Source of the DNA: Escherichia phage K1-5
DNA: 44,385 bases
Sequence record: NC_008152.1
Strand: one strand, 5' to 3'
Shown here: positions 28,050-38,052 of the stretch, in pieces
How the letters are laid out: every line of letters begins with the position of its first letter
Numbering within the stretch: the stretch's first letter is position 1
The notes under the pieces: model-generated
The model's database searches: none
What the model was told of the DNA's origin: nothing
The model's input: only the letters and a program-made list of their open reading frames with translations
Position numbers and translations under genes: made by a program

Positions 28050-30997
28050 TGGCAATTGAGCGACAAGCAGTACAAGGTCTGCCACAAGTGCAGGCCACTT
28101 CTCCTAATGTCATGACCTTTGCACCTCAACAAGTGGGAGGTGTGGAGGCTGGCGTGGCTTCTACCTCCGGTAGTAGGTTTATCGAAGACCTTATTCGTGC
28201 AGCAAGCAGCGTGGCTGATGTTACCACTGGTATCCTTAATCAGAAGATTGAGGAAGATAAGGTTGTTCAAATGGAACGGGCATATAACGGATTAATGCCT
28301 TCTGAGGATGCAACTCGTGGTGGCGCTCGTGCTAACATGCTTGTCAAAGCTCAACTGCTAGCTAATGATGAAGCAGCACGAATGAAAGACATGGCTACTC
28401 GTTTCCAAGGAACGGATGACGAATGGACACAACTTATGGTTGACTCTCGTAATGAGATGCAGAATAAGCTGTTCCAGCAATACCCTGAGTTGCAAGGTGA
28501 CAAAGATACTATGCGTATGGTCACTAATGTCTTCCAAGAACAGCAGCCTCAGATTTGGGCTACACGAACCCAGCATAAACTTGACCGTGAACAAGCAGAC
28601 CGTGAGGATACCTTTGACGGGCGAGTGGCTTCTACTTGGGATTCTAATATTGACCCTGAAGCCTCTGGCTATGCTTTACAGGAACGAATCCGCGAAGGTC
28701 TTACTCAAGGATTACTACCTGAACAGATGTACAAGAAGTTAGTCCAGCGAGCAATTTCACTTGCACAAGGCGGTGATGTTAGCATGGCTGAAGCCCTGAA
28801 GTATGTGAAGGACGATAAGGGTGTTTCTGTTTATGCTAAGAATCCACAGCTTATCACAGCCATCACTAGTGGTAATGCAGTTTGGGCTAGGAATAATGTA
28901 GCTGATGTAACTCGTATGTCTTTCGAAGTTAAAGAATCCTACCTTGCAGGTGATTTAACTGATGAAGAATTGTTGGAACGAGCACAGCACATTAATAATC
29001 TGACAGGTAACTCTGTCTTCTCTAATCCAGAACTAGAGGCACTGATGCGCCAACGGGCTAAGCAGAATGCAGAGCTAGGTGCAATGCAGGATATGCGACG
29101 TGAGCTTTACTCCGACCGCCTGACTGGCTTCCAAGGTAAGACTGATAAAGAGAAGAAGGCTTACATTGATGTTATCAAACAGGATAGCCAACTTTATGCA
29201 GACCAGCAAATCAAACAACGTGGCTTGGACCCTTACAGTCAAGAGGCTGAAGCTATTCGTGGTGCAGTGGAAGTGCAGCGCCTGCAATTCATGAACTCCA
29301 AAGGCTTAGTGGATGATACCTTTGAGTCTCGTATCAAAGCCATGGAATCTATGCTATCGCCTGAGCACTTTGCCAAGGGCGAACCACAGGAGTTGATGAC
29401 TATTCGCCAGTTGTGGGAACAGTTACCAGAAGAGAGCCGAGGTGTCTTTGGTGACACGGTGAATGGCTACATGGATAACTACAACACTGCACTACAAATG
29501 GGAGAGACACCTTTGCAGGCTGCAAGGTTTGCGCGTAAAGCACAGCAGAAATTCTCTCGTACTGAGAAGGAAACCAAGAAGTTCAACTCAGCTATTGGAG
29601 ATGCACTGGATGAGGTATCTGGTGCTGGCTGGTTTGATGGTAAAACCGAAGTGTCAGACTTAGGTAAAGCTATTGCGGAAGAAGAGTTACGAGCTAAGGC
29701 CAATATGTTGTGGTCTAGTGGTATGCGTAACATGGATTCCATCAAGAAGGCTTTAATTACTTGGGGCAATAAACGCTACACTCAATCAGAGGATGCAAAG
29801 ACTTCCGGTGGCTATTTCATTAAAGGTGATTACACTTCTGCATCTGATATGCTTATGTCAGTTGGGAAAGGCGTAAACCCTACCGATGTACCTCTGGCGC
29901 TTGGTAGGTATGTAGAAACACAGATGCCAGAATTGAAGAAGGAGCTTCAAGAGGGGGAAACTAAAGATGATATATACATTGATTACAATGAACAGAAAGG
30001 TACTTTCGTGATTCGTGCTGGTGCAGCAGGTCGCCCTCTTTCTGGAGTAATCCCTGTAACCTCTTTAGATACCACTTCACTACTAGATTCTGCCTATCAG
30101 AAGAAAGTAGAGGAACGAGATAAAGGCGAGTATGTTCACCCGTATCGTACAGATATTGGTGCACAAGAGCCTATGCCAGCTAAACCAACTGCCAAAGATA
30201 TTGGTAAATTTGGACTAGCTAACTTCCTCATGTCTTCTGCTTTTGCTTCTGGTGAGAATCTGCCTTCTAACTTCGAGATTAACTATCGAGGTAATATGCA
30301 ACAATTCTATGACAAGCTAGCTATGGATGAGAATAAAGATAAAGTTGGCTTTAATAAGGCAACTGGAACCTTTACTCCATATAAAGACGCTCACGGTGAG
30401 TCTATCGGTTACGGTCATTTCTTAACGGAAGAAGAGAAGCGAAACGGGTATATTAAGATTGGCGATGAACTAGTTCCCTATCGAGGGTCTATGTCTCAGC
30501 TTACAGAGAGCAAGGCTCGCGCTCTTATGGAGCAAGATGCTAAGAAGCATGTGCCTCCTACTCGTGACTGGAAGATTCCGTTTGACCAGATGCACCCTGC
30601 ACAGCAACGTGGCTTGATGGATTTAAGCTACAATTTAGGTAAAGGTGGAATCCAGAACTCACCGCGTGCTCTTGCTGCATTCAAAGCTGGTAAGCTTACG
30701 GAGGGCTTTATCGAAATGCTGGGCACTGCATCAAGTGAAGGTAAGCGTATTCCTGGCCTACTGAAGCGACGCGCTGAGGCATACAATATGGCATCTGCTG
30801 GTGGTGTGCCTAAGATTACCGAAGTGGAGACTCGTGAAGATGGCTCCATGTGGGTTAGGTTTGGTGGACCTATGCCAGCAGGTTCTGTCTCGGCATGGAC
30901 TCATAAACGTATTGGCGCGGATGGTTGGTATCAGGTTTATGAGGCTGCACCTACCAAGTTAGCTAAAGATTCTAAGGTAGGTAAAGTTAAGTTGTAG
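28049..30997 (+). CDS. Internal virion (core) protein, gp15-like, with C-terminal T4-lysozyme-like (GH24) domain
   Basis: 982 aa; C-terminal YKDAHGESIGYGH...LMDLSYNLGKGG...LLKRRAEAYNMA parallels T4 lysozyme YKDTEGYYTIGIGH...ALINMVFQMG. Confidence 0.75.
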   Translation: MAIERQAVQGLPQVQATSPNVMTFAPQQVGGVEAGVASTSGSRFIEDLIRAASSVADVTTGILNQKIEEDKVVQMERAYNGLMPSEDATRGGARANMLVKAQLLANDEAARMKDMATRFQGTDDEWTQLMVDSRNEMQNKLFQQYPELQGDKDTMRMVTNVFQEQQPQIWATRTQHKLDREQADREDTFDGRVASTWDSNIDPEASGYALQERIREGLTQGLLPEQMYKKLVQRAISLAQGGDVSMAEALKYVKDDKGVSVYAKNPQLITAITSGNAVWARNNVADVTRMSFEVKESYLAGDLTDEELLERAQHINNLTGNSVFSNPELEALMRQRAKQNAELGAMQDMRRELYSDRLTGFQGKTDKEKKAYIDVIKQDSQLYADQQIKQRGLDPYSQEAEAIRGAVEVQRLQFMNSKGLVDDTFESRIKAMESMLSPEHFAKGEPQELMTIRQLWEQLPEESRGVFGDTVNGYMDNYNTALQMGETPLQAARFARKAQQKFSRTEKETKKFNSAIGDALDEVSGAGWFDGKTEVSDLGKAIAEEELRAKANMLWSSGMRNMDSIKKALITWGNKRYTQSEDAKTSGGYFIKGDYTSASDMLMSVGKGVNPTDVPLALGRYVETQMPELKKELQEGETKDDIYIDYNEQKGTFVIRAGAAGRPLSGVIPVTSLDTTSLLDSAYQKKVEERDKGEYVHPYRTDIGAQEPMPAKPTAKDIGKFGLANFLMSSAFASGENLPSNFEINYRGNMQQFYDKLAMDENKDKVGFNKATGTFTPYKDAHGESIGYGHFLTEEEKRNGYIKIGDELVPYRGSMSQLTESKARALMEQDAKKHVPPTRDWKIPFDQMHPAQQRGLMDLSYNLGKGGIQNSPRALAAFKAGKLTEGFIEMLGTASSEGKRIPGLLKRRAEAYNMASAGGVPKITEVETREDGSMWVRFGGPMPAGSVSAWTHKRIGADGWYQVYEAAPTKLAKDSKVGKVKL

Positions 30998-31007
30998 TAC
31001 CTAACTC

Positions 31008-31037
31008 AAGGCTTGTCTCACATGTGAGACAGGTCTT
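31008..31037. promoter_or_regulatory. Extended hairpin around palindrome copy 5
   Basis: aaggcttGTCTCACATGTGAGACaggtcttt; between gp15-like and gp16-like genes. Confidence 0.6.
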
Positions 31038-31061
31038 TATGATAGGCACTATGGAGGAATT

Positions 31062-34000
31062 ATGGAACAAGACATTAAGACTAATTGGGCTGGATATGTC
31101 CAGTCTACTCCTGAGCCGTTTTCTATTGAGGCGGCTCCGGTATCGGCTCCTACGATACGCCAGCGTAATGAGTTACAAGAGCAAGTTCTTGAAGCTAAAG
31201 CTGACGCTGATATCTTAGGTGCTGTAGGTGCTGCCTTCCAGAATGAGTGGTTGGCATTCGGAGGCAAGCGGTGGTATGACCGTGCCACTGCTGATTTCAC
31301 ACCTCAACCAGACTTTGAGATACAACCTGAGCAACGTGAAGCACTACGTTTCAAATATGGTACGGATATGATGCAGACAATCACTGAGGGTGTTCGTTCT
31401 GAGGATGAATTGAACTTCCGTATTCAGAATGCGGATGAAGACCTTGAGCGCAATAAGCGCATTGCTCAGGCTGGCTGGGTTGGCTCTGTGGCGACGATTG
31501 GCGCTGCTGTGCTTGACCCTGTGGGATGGGTTGCCTCTATTCCAACCGGTGGTGCCGCTAAAGTTGGACTCGTAGGCCGTGCTGTGCGTGGCGCTATCGC
31601 CGCTGGCGTGAGTAATGCCGCTATTGAATCCGTATTGGTCCAAGGTGACATGACTCGTGATTTAGATGACATTATGGTAGCACTGGGTTCCGGTATGGCT
31701 ATGGGTGGCGTTATTGGCGCTGTAGCGCGTGGTAGGGCCACTAAGCTCAGTGAGCAAGGTGATGACAGGGCTGCTAGCATTGTGCGCAGTGCAGACGCAG
31801 GGGACCGCTATGTTCGTGCTGTTGCCGATGACAGTATCGGTGCGATGCGTGTTAAGGGCGCAGAGGTTCTCACTGAGGGTGTATTCGATATCTCCAGTAA
31901 GAGTGAAGACCTACTGAAAACCTTGCAACGAGAAGGTAATGCGATTGATATGACACCTCGCCGTTGGGCTGGAACTATGTCTGCCCTCGGTACTGTCGTG
32001 CACTCATCTAAAGATGCAAGTATCCGAGGCCTTGGTGCTCGTCTGTTTGAATCCCCACAAGGTCTAGGTATGCAGAAGGCATCTGCTAGTCTTATGCAGA
32101 ATACTAACTTAAATCGCCTGAAATCTGCTGATATGAACCGCTTCAATGATGGGTTTGATTTGTGGCTTAAAGAGAATAATATCAATCCAGTAGCAGGGCA
32201 TACCAACTCTCATTATGTACAGCAATACAATGAAAAGGTGTGGGAGGCAGTGCGTATTGGCATGGATGAGTCTACACCTAAATCTATCCGCATGGCTGCT
32301 GAGGGACAACAGGCTATGTACAGAGAGGCGCTGGCTTTACGTCAACGTTCTGGTGAAGCGGGATTTGAAAAGGTAAAAGCCGACAACAAATATATGCCTG
32401 ATATCTTTGATAGTATGAAAGCCAGACGTCAATTCGATATGCACGATAAAGAAGACATCATCGAACTTTTCTCTCGTGCCTACCAGAATGGCGCTCGTAA
32501 GATTCCAAAGGAAGCAGCAGATGAGATTGCACGAGCACAGGTAAATCGCGTTGCTGATGCTACCTTAACTGGAAAGCTTAGTTTTGAAAAGGCAATGTCA
32601 GGTCAGACTAAGGCAGAGTATGAAGCTATCATGCGTAAGGCAGGCTTCAGTGATGAAGAAATTGAAAAGATGATAGAAGCTCTGGATAACAAAGAAACCA
32701 GAGATAACATCTCTAACCGAGCTAAAATGAGTTTAGGATTAGATGTTACTCAAGAATACAATGGCATTCGTATGCGTGACTTCATGAATACCAACGTGGA
32801 AGAGCTAACAGATAACTATATGAAGGAAGCAGCAGGTGGCGCTGCATTGGCTCGCCAAGGCTTCTCTACCTATCAGGCTGCACTTAATGCAATTGACCTT
32901 GTAGAGCGAAATGCACGAAACGCGGCTAAGGATAGCAAGGCTAGTTTGGCATTAGATGAAGAGATTCGTCAGATGCGAGAAGGTCTTCGCCTGATTATGG
33001 GCAAGTCGATTGATGCAGACCCACAGGCTATATCTACTAAGATGATGCGTCGTGGTCGTGATATCACAGGTGTGCTTCGCTTAGGTCAAATGGGCTTCGC
33101 ACAGCTAGGTGAACTTGCCAACTTTATGGGTGAATTTGGTATTGCTGCAACTACTATGGCTTTAGGTAAGCAATTCCGCTTCACCTCTAAGGCGTTGCGT
33201 AATGGCGATGGCTTCTTCCGAGATAAGAACTTAGCTGAGGTTGAGAGAATGGTGGGGTACATTGGTGAGGATAACTGGCTAACAACTAAGGGTGCACGTC
33301 CTGATGAATTTGGTGATGTAACCACAGTAAGAGGGATGATGGCTCACTTTGACCAATCCATGAACTCAATACGTCGTGCTCAAACCAACCTATCACTCTT
33401 CCGCATGGCACAGGGTTCTCTGGAGCGAATGACTAATAGGCAAATAGCTTTGTCTTTCATTGACCACCTTGAAGGCAAGAAGATTATTCCTCAGAAGAAA
33501 CTGGAGGAACTTGGTCTTACTCAGGAGTTCATGACTAACCTACAGAAGCACTATGATGCTAACTCTAAAGGTTCTGGCTTGCTTGGCTTTGATACAATGC
33601 CTTATGCCATGGGTGAAACTTTAGCTAATGCTATTCGTCGTAAGTCAGGTCTAATCATCCAACGTAACTTCATTGGTGATGAAGGTATCTGGATGAACAA
33701 AGCACTAGGTAAGACATTTGCACAGCTTAAGTCATTCTCTCTTGTATCTGGTGAGAAGCAATTTGGTCGAGGGATTCGCCACGATAAAATTGGTCTTGCT
33801 AAGAAGACAGCTTACGGGTTTGCTTTGGGTTCAATAGTGTATGCGGCAAAAGCCTATGTGAACTCTATTGGGCGAGAAGACCAAGATGAATATTTGGAAG
33901 AGAAGTTATCGCCTAAAGGGTTGGCCTTTGGTGCAATGGGTATGATGAGTACAACTGCTGTATTTAGTCTAGGTGGAGATTTCTTAGGTGGCCTAGGTGT

Positions 34001-34247
34001 TCTACCTTCCGAACTCATTCAATCACGCTATGAAGCAGGTTTCCAAAGTAAGGGTCTGATTGACCAAATACCTCTGGTTGGCGTTGGTGCAGATGCAGTA
34101 AATCTGGCTAACTCAATCAAGAAGTATGCAGAAGGTGACACAGAAGGTGTAGATATCGCTAAGCGAGCACTCCGTCTTGTGCCACTTACCAATATAATAG
34201 GTGTCCAAAACGCATTGCGTTATGGCTTAGATGAACTGGAGGATTGA
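31062..34247 (+). CDS. Internal virion (core) protein, gp16-like
   Basis: 1061 aa; Gly/Ala-rich hydrophobic segment GWVGSVATIGAAVLDPVGWVAS; synteny. No obvious transglycosylase motif at the N-terminus. Confidence 0.7.
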   Translation: MEQDIKTNWAGYVQSTPEPFSIEAAPVSAPTIRQRNELQEQVLEAKADADILGAVGAAFQNEWLAFGGKRWYDRATADFTPQPDFEIQPEQREALRFKYGTDMMQTITEGVRSEDELNFRIQNADEDLERNKRIAQAGWVGSVATIGAAVLDPVGWVASIPTGGAAKVGLVGRAVRGAIAAGVSNAAIESVLVQGDMTRDLDDIMVALGSGMAMGGVIGAVARGRATKLSEQGDDRAASIVRSADAGDRYVRAVADDSIGAMRVKGAEVLTEGVFDISSKSEDLLKTLQREGNAIDMTPRRWAGTMSALGTVVHSSKDASIRGLGARLFESPQGLGMQKASASLMQNTNLNRLKSADMNRFNDGFDLWLKENNINPVAGHTNSHYVQQYNEKVWEAVRIGMDESTPKSIRMAAEGQQAMYREALALRQRSGEAGFEKVKADNKYMPDIFDSMKARRQFDMHDKEDIIELFSRAYQNGARKIPKEAADEIARAQVNRVADATLTGKLSFEKAMSGQTKAEYEAIMRKAGFSDEEIEKMIEALDNKETRDNISNRAKMSLGLDVTQEYNGIRMRDFMNTNVEELTDNYMKEAAGGAALARQGFSTYQAALNAIDLVERNARNAAKDSKASLALDEEIRQMREGLRLIMGKSIDADPQAISTKMMRRGRDITGVLRLGQMGFAQLGELANFMGEFGIAATTMALGKQFRFTSKALRNGDGFFRDKNLAEVERMVGYIGEDNWLTTKGARPDEFGDVTTVRGMMAHFDQSMNSIRRAQTNLSLFRMAQGSLERMTNRQIALSFIDHLEGKKIIPQKKLEELGLTQEFMTNLQKHYDANSKGSGLLGFDTMPYAMGETLANAIRRKSGLIIQRNFIGDEGIWMNKALGKTFAQLKSFSLVSGEKQFGRGIRHDKIGLAKKTAYGFALGSIVYAAKAYVNSIGREDQDEYLEEKLSPKGLAFGAMGMMSTTAVFSLGGDFLGGLGVLPSELIQSRYEAGFQSKGLIDQIPLVGVGADAVNLANSIKKYAEGDTEGVDIAKRALRLVPLTNIIGVQNALRYGLDELED

Positions 34248-35209
34248 TGAGTTATACTTTCACAGAACATACAGCCAATGGTACGCAAGTCACCTATCCT
34301 TTTAGCTTTGCTGGTAGGGATAAAGGTTATCTTCGTGCCTCAGATGTGATAGTGGAGTCTCTTCAAGGTAACACTTGGATTGAAGTTACATCTGGCTGGC
34401 AACTAACTGGCACGCACCAGATTACTTTTGATGTAGCACCAGTTGCAGGTTTGAAGTTCCGTATTCGAAGGGAAGTACAAAAAGAATATCCATACGCTGA
34501 GTTTGACCGTGGTGTTACCTTGGATATGAAGTCTTTAAATGGTTCTTTCATTCATATACTGGAGATTACACAGGAGTTACTTGACGGGTTTTATCCAGAA
34601 GGATACTTCATTAAACAGAATGTAAGCTGGGGCGGCAATAAGATTACTGATTTGGCTGATGGCACAAATCCGGGAGATGCAGTAAATAAAGGGCAGCTTG
34701 ATGCCATCGACAAGAAGCATACAGATTGGAACGCCAAACAGGACATTGAGATTGCTGGCCTTAAGGCTGGTATGACTTCTGGTATTGCGCACAGAACTGT
34801 TCCTTGGTACACGATAGCCCAAGGTGGTGAGATTTCCGTAAAACCACCTTATGAATTTCAAGATGCACTAGTTTTCCTTAATGGGGTATTGCAGCACCAA
34901 ATTGTAGGCGCATACTCTATAAGCAACAACACTATCACTTTCGCAGAGCCGCTTGTGGCTGGTACAGAGGTGTATGTGCTGATTGGTAGTCGTGTGGCTA
35001 CATCTGAACCTAATATTCAGTTGGAGTTGAACTTTGACTTAGTAGAAGGCCAACAAGTAGTACAGATTGGCTCTGCATTTAAGTACATTGAGGTCTACCT
35101 TGATGGATTATTACAACCTAAACTTGCTTATCAGGTAGACGGTGACATTGTTACTTTCTCAGAAAGAGTACCAGAATGCCGGATGACTGCTAAGATTATC
35201 ACAGCATAA
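34247..35209 (+). CDS. Tail-fibre adaptor protein (homologue of the T7 gp17 N-terminal tail-attachment domain)
   Basis: 320 aa; GNKITDLADGTNPGDAVNKGQLDAI resembles T7 gp17 RRIVNLANAVDDRDAVPFGQL; ATG overlaps upstream stop. Confidence 0.75.
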   Translation: MSYTFTEHTANGTQVTYPFSFAGRDKGYLRASDVIVESLQGNTWIEVTSGWQLTGTHQITFDVAPVAGLKFRIRREVQKEYPYAEFDRGVTLDMKSLNGSFIHILEITQELLDGFYPEGYFIKQNVSWGGNKITDLADGTNPGDAVNKGQLDAIDKKHTDWNAKQDIEIAGLKAGMTSGIAHRTVPWYTIAQGGEISVKPPYEFQDALVFLNGVLQHQIVGAYSISNNTITFAEPLVAGTEVYVLIGSRVATSEPNIQLELNFDLVEGQQVVQIGSAFKYIEVYLDGLLQPKLAYQVDGDIVTFSERVPECRMTAKIITA

Positions 35210-35218
35210 GGAGGTGGG

Positions 35219-35413
35219 ATGATTAACTCCGAACTGGTAGATAGTGGTGTGAAGCTTGCGCCACCTGCACTCATATCAGGTGGGTACTTCCTCGGTATCA
35301 GTTGGGATAATTGGGTGTTAATAGCAACATTCATTTATACCGTGTTGCAAATTGGGGACTGGTTTTATAATAAGTTCAAGATTTGGAGGGAGAAGCGTGA
35401 GCGTACACAATAA
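35219..35413 (+). CDS. Class II holin (T7 gp17.5-like)
   Basis: 64 aa; AAGGAGG RBS; IYTVLQIG with charged C-terminus resembles T7 holin AYTVVQIG...; directly before the small terminase gene as in T7. Confidence 0.75.
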   Translation: MINSELVDSGVKLAPPALISGGYFLGISWDNWVLIATFIYTVLQIGDWFYNKFKIWREKRERTQ

Positions 35414-35696
35414 ACATGCAGCTACAGAGGACGAGGTTGGCATTCTGCATGGTGCTATTACCAAAATCTTCAATAAGAAAGCACAGGCAATACTGGACAC
35501 TATAGAAGAAGACCCTGATGCAGCATTACATTTAGTGTCTGGTAAGGATATTGGTGCGATGTGTAAGTGGGTTCTTGATAACGGCATTACCGCCACACCT
35601 GCTGCACAGCAGGAAGAGTCCAAGTTATCTAAGCGCCTCAAGGCTATCCGAGAGGCATCCAGTGGTAAGATAATTCAATTCACTAAGGAGGATTGA
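35397..35696 (+). CDS. Terminase small subunit (gp18-like)
   Basis: Track ORF 35352; likely GTG 35397 start after GGAGGGAG; directly upstream of the large subunit; assignment by synteny. Confidence 0.55.
   Translation: MSVHNKHAATEDEVGILHGAITKIFNKKAQAILDTIEEDPDAALHLVSGKDIGAMCKWVLDNGITATPAAQQEESKLSKRLKAIREASSGKIIQFTKED
35488..35508 (+). promoter_or_regulatory. Near-consensus phage promoter embedded in the small terminase gene
   Basis: caatactggacactatagaag; 18 of 21 positions match, all mismatches at the 5' edge. Confidence 0.45.
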
Positions 35697-37594
35697 TGGC
35701 TAAGGCAAGAGAATCACAAGCGGAGGCTCTTGCCAGATGGGAGATGCTACAGGAGTTACAGCAGACCTTTCCTTACACCGCGGAAGGTTTGCTTCTCTTT
35801 GCAGATACAGTTATTCATAACTTAATTGCAGGCAACCCTCATCTGATTCGTATGCAGGCGGATATCTTGAAGTTCCTATTTTACGGACACAAGTACCGCC
35901 TCATCGAAGCGCCTCGTGGTATCGCTAAGACAACACTATCAGCAATCTATACGGTATTCCGTATTATTCATGAACCGCATAAGCGTATCATGGTTGTGTC
36001 CCAAAACGCCAAGCGAGCAGAGGAAATCGCAGGTTGGGTAGTTAAAATCTTCCGTGGCTTAGACTTTCTTGAGTTTATGCTGCCGGATATCTACGCTGGG
36101 GACCGTGCATCCGTTAAGGCGTTTGAGATTCATTACACCCTACGTGGTAGTGATAAGTCTCCTTCTGTATCCTGTTACTCAATCGAAGCAGGTATGCAGG
36201 GTGCTCGTGCTGATATTATTCTAGCGGATGACGTAGAGTCGATGCAGAATGCTCGTACGGCAGCGGGCCGTGCCTTGCTTGAGGAGCTGACTAAGGAGTT
36301 TGAATCTATCAACCAGTTTGGGGATATCATTTACCTTGGTACACCTCAGAACGTAAACTCTATCTACAACAACCTACCTGCTCGTGGTTACTCTGTTCGT
36401 ATCTGGACTGCGCGTTACCCTTCAGTAGAGCAAGAGCAATGTTATGGCGACTTCCTTGCACCTATGATTGTTCAAGATATGAAGGACAACCCAGCACTTC
36501 GCTCAGGGTACGGGTTGGATGGTAATAGTGGTGCACCTTGTGCCCCTGAAATGTATGATGATGAAGTCCTGATTGAGAAGGAAATCTCTCAGGGTGCTGC
36601 TAAGTTCCAGCTTCAGTTCATGCTTAACACTCGCATGATGGATGCTGACAGATACCCATTACGCCTGAACAATCTAATCTTCACCTCGTTTGGTACAGAG
36701 GAAGTCCCTGTGATGCCTACGTGGAGTAATGATTCCATAAACATCATTGGTGATGCACCTAAGTATGGTAACAAGCCTACGGATTTCATGTACAGACCTG
36801 TAGCTCGCCCATATGAATGGGGTGCTGTCTCCCGCAAGATTATGTATATTGACCCTGCGGGTGGTGGTAAGAACGGAGATGAGACGGGTGTAGCCATCGT
36901 ATTCCTGCACGGCACATTCATTTATGTGTATCAGTGCTTTGGTGTACCTGGCGGATACCGAGAGTCGTCCCTGAATCGCATTGTGCAGGCCGCAAAGCAG
37001 GCGGGTGTTAAAGAGGTATTCATTGAGAAGAACTTTGGTCATGGCGCGTTTGAGGCGGTAATTAAGCCGTACTTTGAACGAGAGTGGCCTGTAACTCTGG
37101 AAGAGGATTACGCCACCGGACAGAAAGAGTTGCGTATCATTGAGACGCTGGAGCCGCTCATGGCAGCCCATAGGCTTATCTTCAATGCAGAGATGGTGAA
37201 GTCAGACTTTGAGTCGGTACAGCACTATCCGCTTGAACTACGCATGTCCTACAGTCTTTTCAATCAAATGTCGAACATAACGATTGAGAAGAACAGCCTC
37301 CGGCACGATGACCGCCTAGACGCCCTGTATGGCGCTATACGGCAATTAACTTCTCAGATAGACTATGACGAGGTTACACGGATTAATCGCCTCAGAGCGC
37401 AGGAGATGCGCGATTACATCCATGCTATGAACACACCTCATCTACGCAGGGCAATGCTATATGGAGATTACGGTACTGAGCGAAGAGTGACCAACACTTC
37501 CGTAGCGATGCAGCAGCGAGTTTACGGGCAGAACTACCGAAATAAATCGGCAAGCAGAAATACACTTTCTGCAAGGATTTCAAGGACTTATTAA
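35696..37594 (+). CDS. Terminase large subunit (gp19-like)
   Basis: 632 aa; AAGGAGG RBS; deviant Walker A RGIAKTT, Walker B IILADDVE, RNaseH-like nuclease segment IDPAGGGKNGDETGVAI. Confidence 0.9.
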   Translation: MAKARESQAEALARWEMLQELQQTFPYTAEGLLLFADTVIHNLIAGNPHLIRMQADILKFLFYGHKYRLIEAPRGIAKTTLSAIYTVFRIIHEPHKRIMVVSQNAKRAEEIAGWVVKIFRGLDFLEFMLPDIYAGDRASVKAFEIHYTLRGSDKSPSVSCYSIEAGMQGARADIILADDVESMQNARTAAGRALLEELTKEFESINQFGDIIYLGTPQNVNSIYNNLPARGYSVRIWTARYPSVEQEQCYGDFLAPMIVQDMKDNPALRSGYGLDGNSGAPCAPEMYDDEVLIEKEISQGAAKFQLQFMLNTRMMDADRYPLRLNNLIFTSFGTEEVPVMPTWSNDSINIIGDAPKYGNKPTDFMYRPVARPYEWGAVSRKIMYIDPAGGGKNGDETGVAIVFLHGTFIYVYQCFGVPGGYRESSLNRIVQAAKQAGVKEVFIEKNFGHGAFEAVIKPYFEREWPVTLEEDYATGQKELRIIETLEPLMAAHRLIFNAEMVKSDFESVQHYPLELRMSYSLFNQMSNITIEKNSLRHDDRLDALYGAIRQLTSQIDYDEVTRINRLRAQEMRDYIHAMNTPHLRRAMLYGDYGTERRVTNTSVAMQQRVYGQNYRNKSASRNTLSARISRTY

Positions 37595-37613
37595 TTACTG
37601 GACACTATAGAAG
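37593..37613 (+). promoter_or_regulatory. Phage RNAP promoter just after the terminase large subunit
   Basis: aattactggacactatagaag; overlaps terminase stop; followed by an ATAGGT-rich block. Confidence 0.7.
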
Positions 37614-37755
37614 GAAGGCCCAGATAATAAGAGAAAATAATAGGTAATATATATATAGGTTAACCTAGGTTATATAGGTATGCCTTAGTATGGGTGTACT
37701 CCTGTACACCCTATTCCTTACTACCTTACTATATTTACATAATAGGAGAGAGACA

Positions 37756-38034
37756 ATGGCTAATGATTATAGTAGTCAACCATTAACAGGTAAGTCTAAG
37801 AGAAAGCAGGTACAACCTGTAAGTGAAGAACTAATGCTTCCGGTGCTCAAAAAAGAGGAAGTTAGTAAGAAAAGCAATGTTATTAATGATGCCACCAAAT
37901 CAGGTAAACAGAAAGGGGCCATGGTGTGCCTTGAAGTGAAAGGTGGTGTATTGAAGATTGCTATCGCGGTTGATGGCAAAGAAGATTCAGAGTGGAAGTT
38001 AGTAACAGTGGAACCAACTGTTAACCCAGTTTAA
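37756..38034 (+). CDS. Hypothetical protein (92 aa), paralogue A
   Basis: Track ORF 37690; ATG 37756 after AGGAGAG; shares KKEE..SK...SGKQKGAMV.LE...IAVA motif with the next ORF. Confidence 0.55.
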   Translation: MANDYSSQPLTGKSKRKQVQPVSEELMLPVLKKEEVSKKSNVINDATKSGKQKGAMVCLEVKGGVLKIAIAVDGKEDSEWKLVTVEPTVNPV

Positions 38035-38052
38035 GATAAGGAGGAAGATTAC

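Noticed and set aside
31030-31062. Promoter after palindrome copy 5 (gataggcactatggagg)
   Set aside because: Only loosely resembles the CACTATAGAAG core; too many mismatches to call.
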